This document shows positions 53,596 through 63,730 of a DNA stretch of 64,000 nt, in pieces. This DNA is from an uncultured Gemmatimonadales bacterium (GTDB taxonomy: Bacteria > Gemmatimonadota > Gemmatimonadetes > Gemmatimonadales > GWC2-71-9): positions 352,001 through 416,000 of the forward strand of contig CAWGED010000004.1 of assembly GCA_963821525.1 (NCBI GenBank), written 5' to 3'. The position numbers were made by a program, and so were the translations under genes. Every line of letters starts with the position of its first letter. The first letter of the stretch is position 1. The notes below the pieces were generated by a model. The model made no database searches, had not been told where the DNA came from, and saw nothing but the letters and a program-made list of their open reading frames with translations.

Positions 53596-54311
53596 GTGCA
53601 CCGGGAGCAGTGCTGCCGTGGGATTCGGAGTTCTTCGGAGTCCGCGTTGCCCGGGCAGGGTCGGCTCGACTGTCGCCTGAGGCCAGCGATCGCCTTCTTG
53701 AGTGGTGCGCGGTGGAGCGCGTTGAGTTGTTGTACCTTCTCGCCGATCCGCTGCCTGAAACCATTCGTGAAGCCGAACGGTCAGGCTTTGGTCTGATGGA
53801 TGTGAGAATCGAGCTCAGCGCGCCCGCCGCCCACTTGGCGAAGGCTCCGGCCGACGATGCAGTCCGGCCCGCGCGCACGGACGACCTCCCGCAGCTGCGC
53901 GGACTCGCGCGCGAGGCCCATCGGGATTCCCGGTTCTTCGCCGACCAGCGGATCTCCCAGAACCGCGCCGCGGATCTCTTTGTACGATGGCTGGAGCGGG
54001 ATTGCGCCATCCGTGACTCGGGATGGGCCGCGGTAGCGGATGACGGCGCGGGAGCCGAAGGCTACGTCACCGGGAACATCGCCAACGGAGTCGGACAGAT
54101 CGGGCTGCTCGCGCTCGGTGCGCGGGTCCGAGGGCGCGGATTGGGACAGGCGCTGCTCGGTGCAGCCGGCCGCTGGTTCCTCGCGCAGGGCGTTGAAGAA
54201 GTCCGGGTGGTGACCCAGGGTCGCAACCTGGTCGCCCAGCGTCTGTATCAGCGGGTCGGGTTTCGCACCGCGTCACTCCAGCTCTGGTACCACAAGTGGT
54301 TCTCACAGTGA
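53592..54311 (+). CDS. wecD: dTDP-fucosamine acetyltransferase (GNAT)
   Basis: LPWDSEFFG, SRFFAD, RGRGLG, VVTQGRN..AQRLYQRVGF. Confidence 0.8.
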   Translation: MSAPGAVLPWDSEFFGVRVARAGSARLSPEASDRLLEWCAVERVELLYLLADPLPETIREAERSGFGLMDVRIELSAPAAHLAKAPADDAVRPARTDDLPQLRGLAREAHRDSRFFADQRISQNRAADLFVRWLERDCAIRDSGWAAVADDGAGAEGYVTGNIANGVGQIGLLALGARVRGRGLGQALLGAAGRWFLAQGVEEVRVVTQGRNLVAQRLYQRVGFRTASLQLWYHKWFSQ

Positions 54312-55451
54312 GCACACCGATTCCGTTCAATCGGCCCCAGGTCACCGACCAGGGCCGGGAGTACGCGCTAGCGGCCATGGCCTCCGGTCACCATAGCGGC
54401 GACGGTCCATTTACCCGTCGCTGTCATGAGCTGCTGCGACGGGAGCTCGGCGTGAACAAGGCGCTGCTCACGACCTCCTGCACCTCGGCTCTCGAAATGT
54501 GCGCCCTGCTGCTCAACATCGCGCCGGGAGATGAGGTGATTCTGCCCTCCTTCACCTTCGTTTCCACGGCCAATGCCTTCGTCCTCCGGGGAGCGAAACC
54601 GGTATTTGCCGATGTGAGACCCGACACCCTCAACATCGACGAGCGCATTGTCCCCTCGCTGGTGACCGATCGCACCCGGGCCATCCTCCCGGTGCACTAC
54701 GCGGGGATCGCCTGCGAAATGGACCCGCTGGTCGCGATTGCCGAATCGCGCGGCGCCGCCATCGTCGAAGACAATGCCCACGGTCTCTTTGGGCGCTACC
54801 GCGGCAAGTTACTGGGGACCTTCGGCCCGCTCGCAACCCAGAGCTTTCACGAGACCAAGAATTTCAGTTGCGGCGAAGGCGGCGCGCTGCTCATCAACGA
54901 CCCCAGGTTCGCCGAGCGGGCGGAGATCCTGCGGGAGAAGGGCACCGATCGCAGTCGCTTCTTCCGGGGCGAGGTGGACAAGTACGGCTGGGTCGACCTC
55001 GGCTCGAGCTATCTGCCATCCGATGTGCTCGCGGCCCTGTTGCTGGCCCAGCTGGAGCAGTGGAAGGAGATTCAAGATCGGCGGGGCCGGCTGTGGAATC
55101 GCTATCAGGAGAACTTGCGGGAGTGGGCCGGGGCGCATGGCGTGGCCCAACCCACAGTCCCGGCGCACGTCGAGTCGGCCCACCATCTCTACTACATGCT
55201 GGTCCCCTCGGCGGCCGACCGGCCCAAATTGATCGCGCACCTCAAGTCCGCGGGAGTGCACGCCGTGTTCCACTATCAGCCGCTCCATCTATCCCGGATG
55301 GGAGTGGCGAGGGGGGGGACGGCCCGGCCTCTGCCCGGTCACGGAGGATGTGAGCGACCGGCTGCTTCGGTTGCCGTTCTTCAACAGCATGACGGACGAT
55401 GAGCAGGACCGGATAATCGAGGCGGTACTCAATTTTCGGGGATGGTCCTGA
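54308..55451 (+). CDS. wecE: dTDP-4-amino-4,6-dideoxygalactose transaminase; frameshift near 55320
   Basis: [46 protein letters not shown]. Confidence 0.92.
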
Positions 55452-56365
55452 TGAAAGGCATCGTGCTGGCGGGCGGCGCGGGCACCCGGCTGTTCCCGGC
55501 CACCCAGGCCGTGAGCAAGCAGCTGCTGCCGGTCTACGACAAGCCGATGATCTACTATCCCATCTCGGTGCTCATGCTGGCCGGGATCCGGGACATCCTC
55601 GTGATCTCGACCCCGCAGGACCTCCCCCGTTACGAGCGGCTGCTGGGCGACGGTGCGTATTTGGGCCTCGCCTTTCGGTACGCGGAACAGCCGACGCCAA
55701 GCGGGCTGGCCCAGGCGTTCCTGATCGGGCGGGAATTTGTGGGCCGGGACCATGTCTGCTCATCCTGGGCGACAACATTTTTTATGGTGACGGGTTGCGG
55801 GCCAAAGTGCGGCGAGGCGGCCGAGCCTCGAGGGGGAGCGACGATCTTTGCCTACTCGGTCCGGGATCCCGAGCGCTATGGGGTTGTGACCTTCGACGGC
55901 GAGCCGGGCGAGTACTCGATCTCGAGGAGAAACCGGCCAACCCGCGCTCTCGCTGGGCGGTGACCGGACTCTATTTCTACGACAACAGCGTGCTGGACAT
56001 CGCCCGGGACCTCCGCCCTTCCCCTCGTGGCGAATTGGAAATCACCGACGTCAACCGCGAATACCTCCGCCGTGGAACGCTGCAGCGTCCGCCGTTTGGA
56101 CGCGGCTACGCCTGGCTGGATACCGGAACTCACGAATCGCTGCTTCAGGCGGCCAACTTCATCCAGACCATCGAAGAGCGGCAAGGGCTCAAGATCGCGT
56201 GCCTGGAGGAGATCGCTTTTACCGAACGGTGGATCGGTCCAGCAGAGCTGGAGGCGGCCCTGGGACGCTACCGGAACACTCCCTATGGGGTGTACCTGGA
56301 TGACCTGCTTGCGCCGGGGGCGGGGTGGAGACGGGGTCAGGGCGGCCAGCCCGATGGCCGGGTAA
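55451..56365 (+). CDS. rfbA: glucose-1-phosphate thymidylyltransferase; frameshifted
   Basis: [44 protein letters not shown]. Confidence 0.93.
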
Positions 56366-56376
56366 GAGGTCTTTCA

Positions 56377-57408
56377 ATGCATCTCCTGGTAACCGGCGGG
56401 TGCGGCTTCATCGGCTCGAACTTCGTTCGGCTCGTGCAGCAGGAGCGGCCCGATTGGCGGATCACGGTGCTCGACGCCCTCACCTATGCCGGCAATCTCG
56501 CCAATCTCGCGGACCTCAAGGGCGAGCCGAGCCTGCGCTTCGTCCGGGGAGACATCGCGGTCCCCGAATCGGTTCGGGCGGTCATGGCCGGCGCCGATGC
56601 GGTGGTCAACTTCGCCGCCGAGAGCCACGTCGACCGATCCATTCTGGATTCCGCTCCTTTCATCAGGACCAACGTTCTCGGGACCCACTGCCTCCTCGAT
56701 GCTGCGCTGGAGCTCCGAGTGCGCCGCTTCCTGCAGATCTCGACGGACGAGGTGTACGGTTCGCTCGGTCCGGAGGGTCAGTTCACCGAGCTGACGCCGC
56801 TCGCTCCCAACAGTCCCTACAGTGCATCGAAGGCCGCCGGCGATCTGCTGGTCCGTGCCTACACGCACACCCATGCTCTGCCCGCCCTGATGGTACGCTC
56901 CTCCAATGCGTATGGGCCGTATCAGTTTCCCGAAAAGCTCATTCCCCTGATGATCGCCAACGCCTTGGGCGGACAGCGTCTGCCGGTGTATGGCGACGGT
57001 CTCCACGTGCGTGATTGGGTCCACGTACTCGATCTCTGCCAGGCGATTCTCCTGGTGCTGGAGAAGGGAAGCGATGGTGAGGTCTACAATGTCGGCGGTG
57101 GGAACGAGCTCACTAACCTTTTCGTGGTGCGGCAGATCCTGGAGCTGACGGGGGCCGATCCTTCACTGATCAAATTCGTCCCCGACCGGCCGGGGCACGA
57201 CCGGCGCTATGCAATGAATCACCAGAAACTCAGCGCGGATCTGGGCTGGCGGCCGCGGCACGTCTTTGCCGATGGCTTGCGGGAAACAGTCGACTGGTAC
57301 CGAGGCAACCAGGCCTGGGTGCAATCGGTGCGGAGTGGCGAGTATCTGTCCTACTACGAGCGTCAGTATGCGGCGCGGCTCGCGGCGGGGACCGCGGGTC
57401 CCGTCTGA
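56377..57408 (+). CDS. rfbB: dTDP-glucose 4,6-dehydratase
   Basis: TGGCGFIGSNF, AAESHVDRS, STDEVYG, PYSASK, DRPGHDRRY. Confidence 0.95.
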   Translation: MHLLVTGGCGFIGSNFVRLVQQERPDWRITVLDALTYAGNLANLADLKGEPSLRFVRGDIAVPESVRAVMAGADAVVNFAAESHVDRSILDSAPFIRTNVLGTHCLLDAALELRVRRFLQISTDEVYGSLGPEGQFTELTPLAPNSPYSASKAAGDLLVRAYTHTHALPALMVRSSNAYGPYQFPEKLIPLMIANALGGQRLPVYGDGLHVRDWVHVLDLCQAILLVLEKGSDGEVYNVGGGNELTNLFVVRQILELTGADPSLIKFVPDRPGHDRRYAMNHQKLSADLGWRPRHVFADGLRETVDWYRGNQAWVQSVRSGEYLSYYERQYAARLAAGTAGPV

Positions 57409-57426
57409 GGAGCCCCCGCCGGATTC

Positions 57427-59112
57427 CTACCGCAGATCAACCACCTCGAAGTCCTGGTTTCGATACACCACACCGCTGCTGTCGGCCCGCGGCGCTCGGA
57501 ACACCGCGTATTCGGCGCCGTATTCCCCCTTGAGCGAGTCGAGCGCCGCCGGCGTCAGCTTCGCGTACCCTGCCTCCGCCTGCTCCAGTCCGGCCACCGC
57601 CGAATCACCGCTGATCCGCCCGATCCTGCGATACCACTCCAATACCTCCGAGGCCAGGACCGGAGAAGCCTTCCAGTCGACCACCACGGCTCGTTCACTC
57701 TGGAGCCGGAAGTCCGCCATGTTAGGCGGAATCAGGAATACCGCCGCCTGGTCGGTCGTTCTTGCCCAGGCGTAGAGCGCTTGCTCCGTCTTCGTCCCCA
57801 CGCCGTGAATCAGGGTCGACTCCTTTACCGAGATGAACAGGAACACTGCCAGCACCGACGCGGAGACCAGCGCCGCAACGCGGTTGCCGCGCGAGTCGGA
57901 CGGCGCCGTGCCGCTCGAATCGCTCCGTTTCCACCACAGGTAGACCAAAGTGCCCACCAGGAGCAGAAGCGGCAGGACGAGATCGTCGGCGGTTGGCTTG
58001 TGAGTAGCGGCGCGCACCAACGGCAACGCTAGACCGATGGCCCAAAGCCGGTTCCGCCATGCGGGCCACGGCGCGGCCAGCTCCGGCGGCCTTCCGGTCA
58101 ATTTGGCCAGGATCGCGTGGATCACTACGACCTCGGCCAGCAGTACCGAGAACGGAGCCGCGCGAGTCAGCAGCAGCATCGAGACCCGCGGGATAAACAC
58201 CACTGTTGTGAGCAGAGTGCTCACCGAGACGATACCGACCAGGACAAACTGCAGGCGCCACAGGCGACGCAGGATCGGGTTCAGCGGAGCTTCCCATGGC
58301 GAAGCCGCGGCGATGGCCAGCAGCAGCCAGGCGATGTAGTGCAGATAATCCCCGAGGAAACTTGGCGGGTAGAAATGATGGGGCGCCCGGATCAACTGAA
58401 AGATGTGAAAGCTCGCCTCGCGCTGCGGGTCCTTGGCCACGGTGAGGAGGACCGGCAACTCCTTCAGCAGCACCAGCCCGGCCGGCAGCAGCTGCATCAG
58501 CCCACGCCGGATCAATCCCTCCCAGCCGAGCGTGAGGTGAACCAGGCCGAACACCATGATGCCGATCACGAGGTAGCTGTCGTGGAATGCCGCTCCCAGC
58601 GCCAGAACGATTCCCGAGGCCAGGTATCGTCCGTGGAGGAAGCAGACGATGGCCAGCAGCATGCCGAACACCGCGAAAGACGAGGGCTGCAGGAAGTTGT
58701 TGAAGAGGTAGGTCACCCCGACCGAGCGCGTCCGCTGCGCGACAAACGCCGTGGCCAGAAGGAGGGTAGCCGCGGTGGCTGAACTCGCATCGAGACTACG
58801 GAACACGGCGCGGAACGCCAGCAGAGTGCCGCCGACCATGAGCACACTGAGGAGCACCGTCAGCAGCGGAAGCGGCCCGATGCGCGCGAGGATGGGGATG
58901 AGGGCCGAGAAGACCGGATGAATCAGGTAGGTCTGGCTGGCCAGCCAGTCATGGCTGAGCAAATCGGGCCGGATCGCCCGCAGGCCCGCCAGCAGATAGA
59001 CATTCTGGTTGTTGATACCGTAGTTCAGCCCGAAGTCCGCGCCGGCGACCAACAGCGCGAGTATCAGGCCGGCCCATCCCCAAGCCGATTGCCCCTCCAC
59101 GTCCCGATTCAT
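57427..59112 (-). CDS. polytopic membrane protein, possibly GT-C-like
   Basis: More than ten TM segments, RAPHH motif, soluble C-terminal domain (FLIPP..FRL..ERAVVVDWK). Confidence 0.7.
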   Translation of the reverse strand: MNRDVEGQSAWGWAGLILALLVAGADFGLNYGINNQNVYLLAGLRAIRPDLLSHDWLASQTYLIHPVFSALIPILARIGPLPLLTVLLSVLMVGGTLLAFRAVFRSLDASSATAATLLLATAFVAQRTRSVGVTYLFNNFLQPSSFAVFGMLLAIVCFLHGRYLASGIVLALGAAFHDSYLVIGIMVFGLVHLTLGWEGLIRRGLMQLLPAGLVLLKELPVLLTVAKDPQREASFHIFQLIRAPHHFYPPSFLGDYLHYIAWLLLAIAAASPWEAPLNPILRRLWRLQFVLVGIVSVSTLLTTVVFIPRVSMLLLTRAAPFSVLLAEVVVIHAILAKLTGRPPELAAPWPAWRNRLWAIGLALPLVRAATHKPTADDLVLPLLLLVGTLVYLWWKRSDSSGTAPSDSRGNRVAALVSASVLAVFLFISVKESTLIHGVGTKTEQALYAWARTTDQAAVFLIPPNMADFRLQSERAVVVDWKASPVLASEVLEWYRRIGRISGDSAVAGLEQAEAGYAKLTPAALDSLKGEYGAEYAVFRAPRADSSGVVYRNQDFEVVDLR

Positions 59113-59743
59113 TGCTTCGTCCGGGGTGAGGCGCAGCTGAGCAGGGCATGGGTATAAGGAATCCGAAGCAAATCGGTTCGAGTGCGCGCCTCGACTCGGC
59201 CGAAGTGTGGAGTGGCAAGCTCGCGGTAACCCTCCAGCGTTCGGACGTTCTGCCCGCGATCGCGGCGGATCACGGCGCGCGCGATGATACTCTGACCCTG
59301 CTCCAGGCAGGGATCCACCGTGCAAACCCGCCCACCGGCCGCAACGCCTTGGCCGCCATCTCGAAAAGCTGACTCGCCTCGGCATCGCTCAAGTGATGGA
59401 GCAGGCCGATGGCCAGCACGAGGTCAAACTTGGGGAGATGGGCCAGGTCGGCATCGGTGAGGAGTTGTCGCGCGAAAGTGCCGCGGTGCCCGAACCGCTT
59501 ACGCGCGGTTTCGATGTAGGCCTCCGAGGCATCGAACCCGTGGTACTCGACGTCTTCGGGGAGATATCGCAGGATCTCCGCCGTCCCGCAGCCGATGTCG
59601 AGGATGCGGCTGTGGGGCCCCACTCGGAGATGGTCCGACACGATGGTCCGCCGGAACGACTCGGCTCCGACCAGATTCTGGAAGAAGTCGTATGCCGCCG
59701 AGGCCGACAGCACTGACCGCAATCCGTGGGTAATCTGAGACAT
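59109..59743 (-). CDS. class I SAM-dependent methyltransferase; frameshift
   Basis: ILDIGCG, GLLHHL. Confidence 0.85.
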
Positions 59744-59747
59744 CCGA

Positions 59748-60741
59748 TCAGTCCCGGGTGATCGCGAAGCGCATCGGCGTGGTGAGACTGGCGGGGAGGT
59801 AGCGAAACAGGCGGATCAATCCCGTGGTCTTGAGGGTGCGGAAGACCAGGGCGGCGATCCCGCTGTCATGTCGCTCGCGGAACACCGGATCGCTGTCGAG
59901 CCTGAGCAAGGCCCCGTGGAGCAGTCCAGGTTCGAAGCTCACCCGATGTCCTTGCCGCCTCGCGAAACTCCGGATGTCTCCGTAGGTCAGAAAATCGAGC
60001 GAATCCCAGATGCCGGGGTTCGCGGCAATCCTGGAAGCAAAGACCCGGCGGGTCAGTCGAGGCGACCAGGCCAGGACCGGGATGCCGTAATGCGGTTCGT
60101 AGGGAAACCAGTAATTCGGGCAGGTGTGGACCATTTGACCAGCGGGGCGCAGCACCGCCAGCATGGCGATCAGCGCTTCCTGCCAATCCGGAATGTGCTC
60201 AACGACGTTGTTACTAAAGATGAGGTCGAAGGTTCCATGTTCGCCCGGATTGAGCGCGCCGGCCGGTATCTCGAGCACGCTGCAGGTTCACGGCGGCAAA
60301 ATGCTCCAGGATGGCATTCTTGCACGCCGCGAACATCTCGTAACCGCCGATGGCAGGTTCCAACGCGACGATGTCGTAATCCTCGCTCTTCAGAAAGATG
60401 CTGAACAGGCAGATGCCCGCGCCAACCTCGAGCATCCGTTGCTTCCGGTCCAGTCGAGTCTCCACCAGGGAGAGCGTCGCATGGGTCTCATTGACGAAGG
60501 TCTGCAGTGTCGCGGCGATTTCGTCGCGGCTGAAGGATGAACTTGCCTGAATTCTGGACACCAGGGCATCCAGCGGCAGCCCAGCGAGGAATGCAGCGAG
60601 CCGCGGCTTCAAGGGATGCTGTGCTGTCTCAGTTTCGGTGTTCGACGAGGTCGGCACGGGAGGTCTGGGAAGCTCCGTGTAGGATATTCGCTGAACCATG
60701 TCCTGCATCGTGGTGCTGCGAAATGACTTGGCTTCGTGCAA
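59748..60741 (-). CDS. class I SAM-dependent methyltransferase; frameshift near 60280
   Basis: MLEVGAG, FDLIFSNNVVEHI, PNYWFPYEPHY. Confidence 0.85.
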
Positions 60742-60821
60742 TCGGGGATTCTAATCCCCCGGACAGACTTTTATCATTCCCCCCCGGATTATCATTCTCC
60801 CCCCTACGCTCGGAGTATTCT

Positions 60822-62503
60822 CTGCGCTGCACCATCTGTTGGCTGGCTCTGCTGATGGCCCCTGTTGCGCTCCGCGCCCAGGACAGTGCCTCCACAGATA
60901 CCACTCAACTCTCCTCGCCCCAGAGGATTGATTCCGTCCTGACTCCGGTCGGAACGATGCCCGATTCCGTGCTTCCGGATTCGAGCAACATCATCCGCTA
61001 CGTCGAGGTCCGCCGGTCCGACGTCTTCGATTCGTCCGAGGCGAAGAACTGGGCCACCAAGCTGGTCAACGACCTGCATATCGTGACCATGCCGGGCGTG
61101 GTGAACCGCGAGCTGCTCCTCAAGGAAGGCGAGCCGTGGGACTCGGCCCGCGCCGCGGAGACCGCGCGCAACCTCAGGAGGCTCGGAGTATTCCGCAAAG
61201 TGTCGGTGGACTCGGTGACCACCGACTCCGGCCTCGTCATGCTGGTGCAGACCAAGGACGGCTGGAGCACCCAGGCCGACGCGCGCTTCCGCAGCACCGG
61301 CGGCCAGACCGACTGGCAGATCATGCTGGCGGAGCGGAACCTGATCGGCTCGGCGTCGCGCTTCACGGTCCGCTACCGTCACACGCCCGACCGGTCGCTG
61401 GTCAACTTCAATTTTCTCCAGCCGCGCCTCGTGGCCAAGCAGGTTTCGCTGGGGCTCAACTACCAGCATCGCTCCGACGGAGACCGCTTCATCGCCGCGG
61501 TGGACCGGCCCTTCTACTCTCTGGAAGACAAGCGCGGCGTCTCGTTTCTGTTCGACTACCGGGACGAGAGGGTGCTGCAGTATTTCGACGGCATCACGAC
61601 CGCGGGTGATTCGCTCCGTCGCCGCTACCTCCTCGCCGGCATCGAGGCCGCCAAGGCGATCAAGAAGAGTACTTCCGGTTATCTCCGAATCGGCCTGAAT
61701 GGGCAGATCCGCCAGGACGACTACACCACATGGCCCGGGGACCCGGCCTATGGCGGACTTACCGGAACGATCGGCGCCTTCGTCGAGGCTCGAAAGGCGA
61801 ATTTCGCGATCACCCGCGGGTTCCGCAGCTTCGGCCAGGATGAAGACATCGACCTCAGCAACTTTATCCGGTTCGGGGTCTATGCCGCACCGAAGGCTTT
61901 CGGCTACGACGACCAGAGCGGCGTCGGCGGGCTAATGCAGGTCCGTCTCGGGCACCCAGCTTCCCTTCGGTTTCGCCTGGTTCGACGGCCGGGCGAACGG
62001 TCTCCTGGGCAGCGGGGGCCTCGACTCGGGCTCGGTGGTCCTCGGCGCCACGTCGGTGATCCGGCCGATGGCGAAGCAGATGTTGATCCTCCACGCCGAC
62101 GTCGGCTGGATCAAGGATCCCATCCCCGGCTCCGAGTTCGATCTGGGCTTCGCGGTCGGACCGCGGGCTTTCCCGATTCACGCGTTCACCGGCGACCGGA
62201 CCTACTTCACGACCGCCGAGTACCGGTTGACCTTCGTTGACGATCTCTTCAAGGTCCTGGCCCTCGGTGCCGCAACCTTCGTGGACCACGGCGGGGCCTG
62301 GTACAACGGCAGCGATACTCGAACCGGCACCGACGTCGGACTCGGCCTCCGCCTGGCGCCTTCGCGCGCGGCCGACGCCAACACGACCGCGTCTCGACCT
62401 GGCTTATCGCTTCGACAACGACCGGCTCAAGGCGGGGTGGGTGTTTGTGTTCGCGTCGGGTCTCGTGTTCTCGACGTCGCCCAGAGGCGGTGGAGGGTCG
62501 TAG
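60822..62503 (+). CDS. Omp85/BamA-TamA-like outer-membrane protein (POTRA plus barrel); frameshifted, start uncertain
   Basis: Signal ...ALRA-QD; VVNRELLLKEGE..ETARNLRRLGVF, ERNLIG, AEYR, DVGLGLR. Confidence 0.8.
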
Positions 62504-62505
62504 TC

Positions 62506-62689
62506 ATTTCAGATTGAAGATTTCAGATTGAAGATTCGGGTGTCATTGCGAGGCATCTCCGAGCGGAGCGAGGGCCGAACAATCTCAACACTGTGGGTGA
62601 AGACGCAGAACGCGGAGAGATCTGCTTTGGCGCCGTCGCCATCGCAATGACATCCCCGCCGATCTGCAATCTGAAATCTGGAATCTTCC
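62506..62689. repeat. inverted 7-mer array (AGATTGA/AGATTTC) enclosing a REP-like palindrome
   Basis: TGTCATTGCGA 62541-62551 and TCGCAATGACA 62642-62652 are perfect inverted ends. Confidence 0.85.
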
Positions 62690-62759
62690 ATTGACCCCGA
62701 CCCCTCTGCCCGAAAGACCATCTCACGAAATCCGCAGAGAGGAGGTAGATTAGCCGCCC

Positions 62760-63167
62760 ATGACTACCCCCGACGCCGCACCTCCCGCGGGAGGCTGGAA
62801 GAGCAAGGCCAAGAAAACCATGGTTCTGGTGGTGCTGGTGCCACTCCTTCTCCTGACGCTCTACACCATCGTCGCTATTACCTGGACCTACTCCTCGGGC
62901 TACCGGGCGGGAACCCTGATGAAGTTCTCCCGGAAGGGTTTCATCTGTAAGACGTGGGAAGGCGAGGTCCAGCAGGCGGTGGTCACGGGTGTGGCACCGG
63001 TGATCTGGCAGTTCACCGTGAAGGACGACGCGGTCGCCAGCAAGATCACCGGCATGCTGGGCTCCAAGGTGAGCCTGCACTACGACCAGCACCTCGGCGT
63101 CCCGACCAGCTGCTTCGGAGACACGGGGTTCTGGGTGGATAGTGCGGTGGTCACTCAGAAGGATTGA
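62760..63167 (+). CDS. conserved hypothetical single-TM protein
   Basis: YSSGYRAGTLMKFSRKGFICKTWEGE..CFGDT. Confidence 0.8.
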   Translation: MTTPDAAPPAGGWKSKAKKTMVLVVLVPLLLLTLYTIVAITWTYSSGYRAGTLMKFSRKGFICKTWEGEVQQAVVTGVAPVIWQFTVKDDAVASKITGMLGSKVSLHYDQHLGVPTSCFGDTGFWVDSAVVTQKD

Positions 63168-63217
63168 GGGATTGAGGGATTGAGGGATTGAGGGATCGAG
63201 GGATTGAGGGATGAGGG
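63161..63217. repeat. left arm: tandem 8-mer GGATTGAG (6 units plus a degenerate one)
   Basis: Read directly. Confidence 0.95.
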
Positions 63218-63287
63218 CGGTGCGTCGGTTTGGCCGGTGGCGCGTTTGAATGGTATGAGGCGGCAGGGCTGATAGCCATGATTCAGC

Positions 63288-63667
63288 ATGGAACCGGCCG
63301 GCCGCTTCTGGTTATCCCGAGTTATTGAAACAAAGGACCTGCGAGTTTGCGGTCCTGGGATCCGATTGGTCCGAGCGTTACCGACCGACATGGCGGCAAG
63401 GGTAGTTGGTACCAACTGCTTCGCGCTGCGACTGGTTGGGCGAATTACCGTGCAACCTGTCGCGCGAGGAGTCGCGGGAGTTCATCGCAAAGATGGAATC
63501 GTGATCGAGGAGGCCGACGAGTGTATGTTCTGGCTCGAGTTGCTAGAGTCGACTGAATTGGGTCCGCCGGCATACGAACCGCACTCCAGAAGGAAGCAAA
63601 TGAGCTGATCTCAATATTCGTCGTCACAAGACACCATGCCCGCCAGCGCAGCGCCACCGCAGAATGA
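63288..63667 (+). pseudogene. four-helix-bundle protein (23S rRNA IVS / Avd-like family), disrupted by about 5 frameshifts
   Basis: Reassembled across frames: LKQRT.EFAV..IRLVRALP..QLLRAAT..ANYRATCRARS..EFIAK..IVIEEADECMFWLELL..KEANELISIF. Confidence 0.8.
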
Positions 63668-63697
63668 CCCACCCTCGTAACCCCATTCCTAACTCCC

Positions 63698-63730
63698 AAT
63701 CCCTCAATCCCTCAATCCCTCAATCCCCTC
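63698..63730. repeat. right arm: tandem CTCAATCC (about 4 units), inverse of 63161-63217
   Basis: Read directly. Confidence 0.95.

Noticed and set aside
55795..57408. Apparent RfbA-RfbB fusion ORF
   Set aside because: rfbA is already frameshifted, a stop (TAA 56363-56365) and an RBS-like GAGG precede the rfbB ATG at 56377, so one more indel explains the fusion
6013..62503. Many split genes (mqnD, rfbA, wecE, GMCs, patatin, flippase, OMP) as pseudogenes or programmed frameshifts
   Set aside because: Breaks are single-base shifts spread over conserved genes, often near homopolymer or GC runs, with motifs intact on both sides; typical of unpolished long-read consensus
63288..63667. Diversity-generating retroelement
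   Set aside because: Only an Avd-like gene is seen; no reverse transcriptase or TR/VR pair is visible in the window
8014..63730. Tandem arrays as CRISPR repeats
   Set aside because: Units are 7-9 nt with no unique spacers between them, and no cas genes are present
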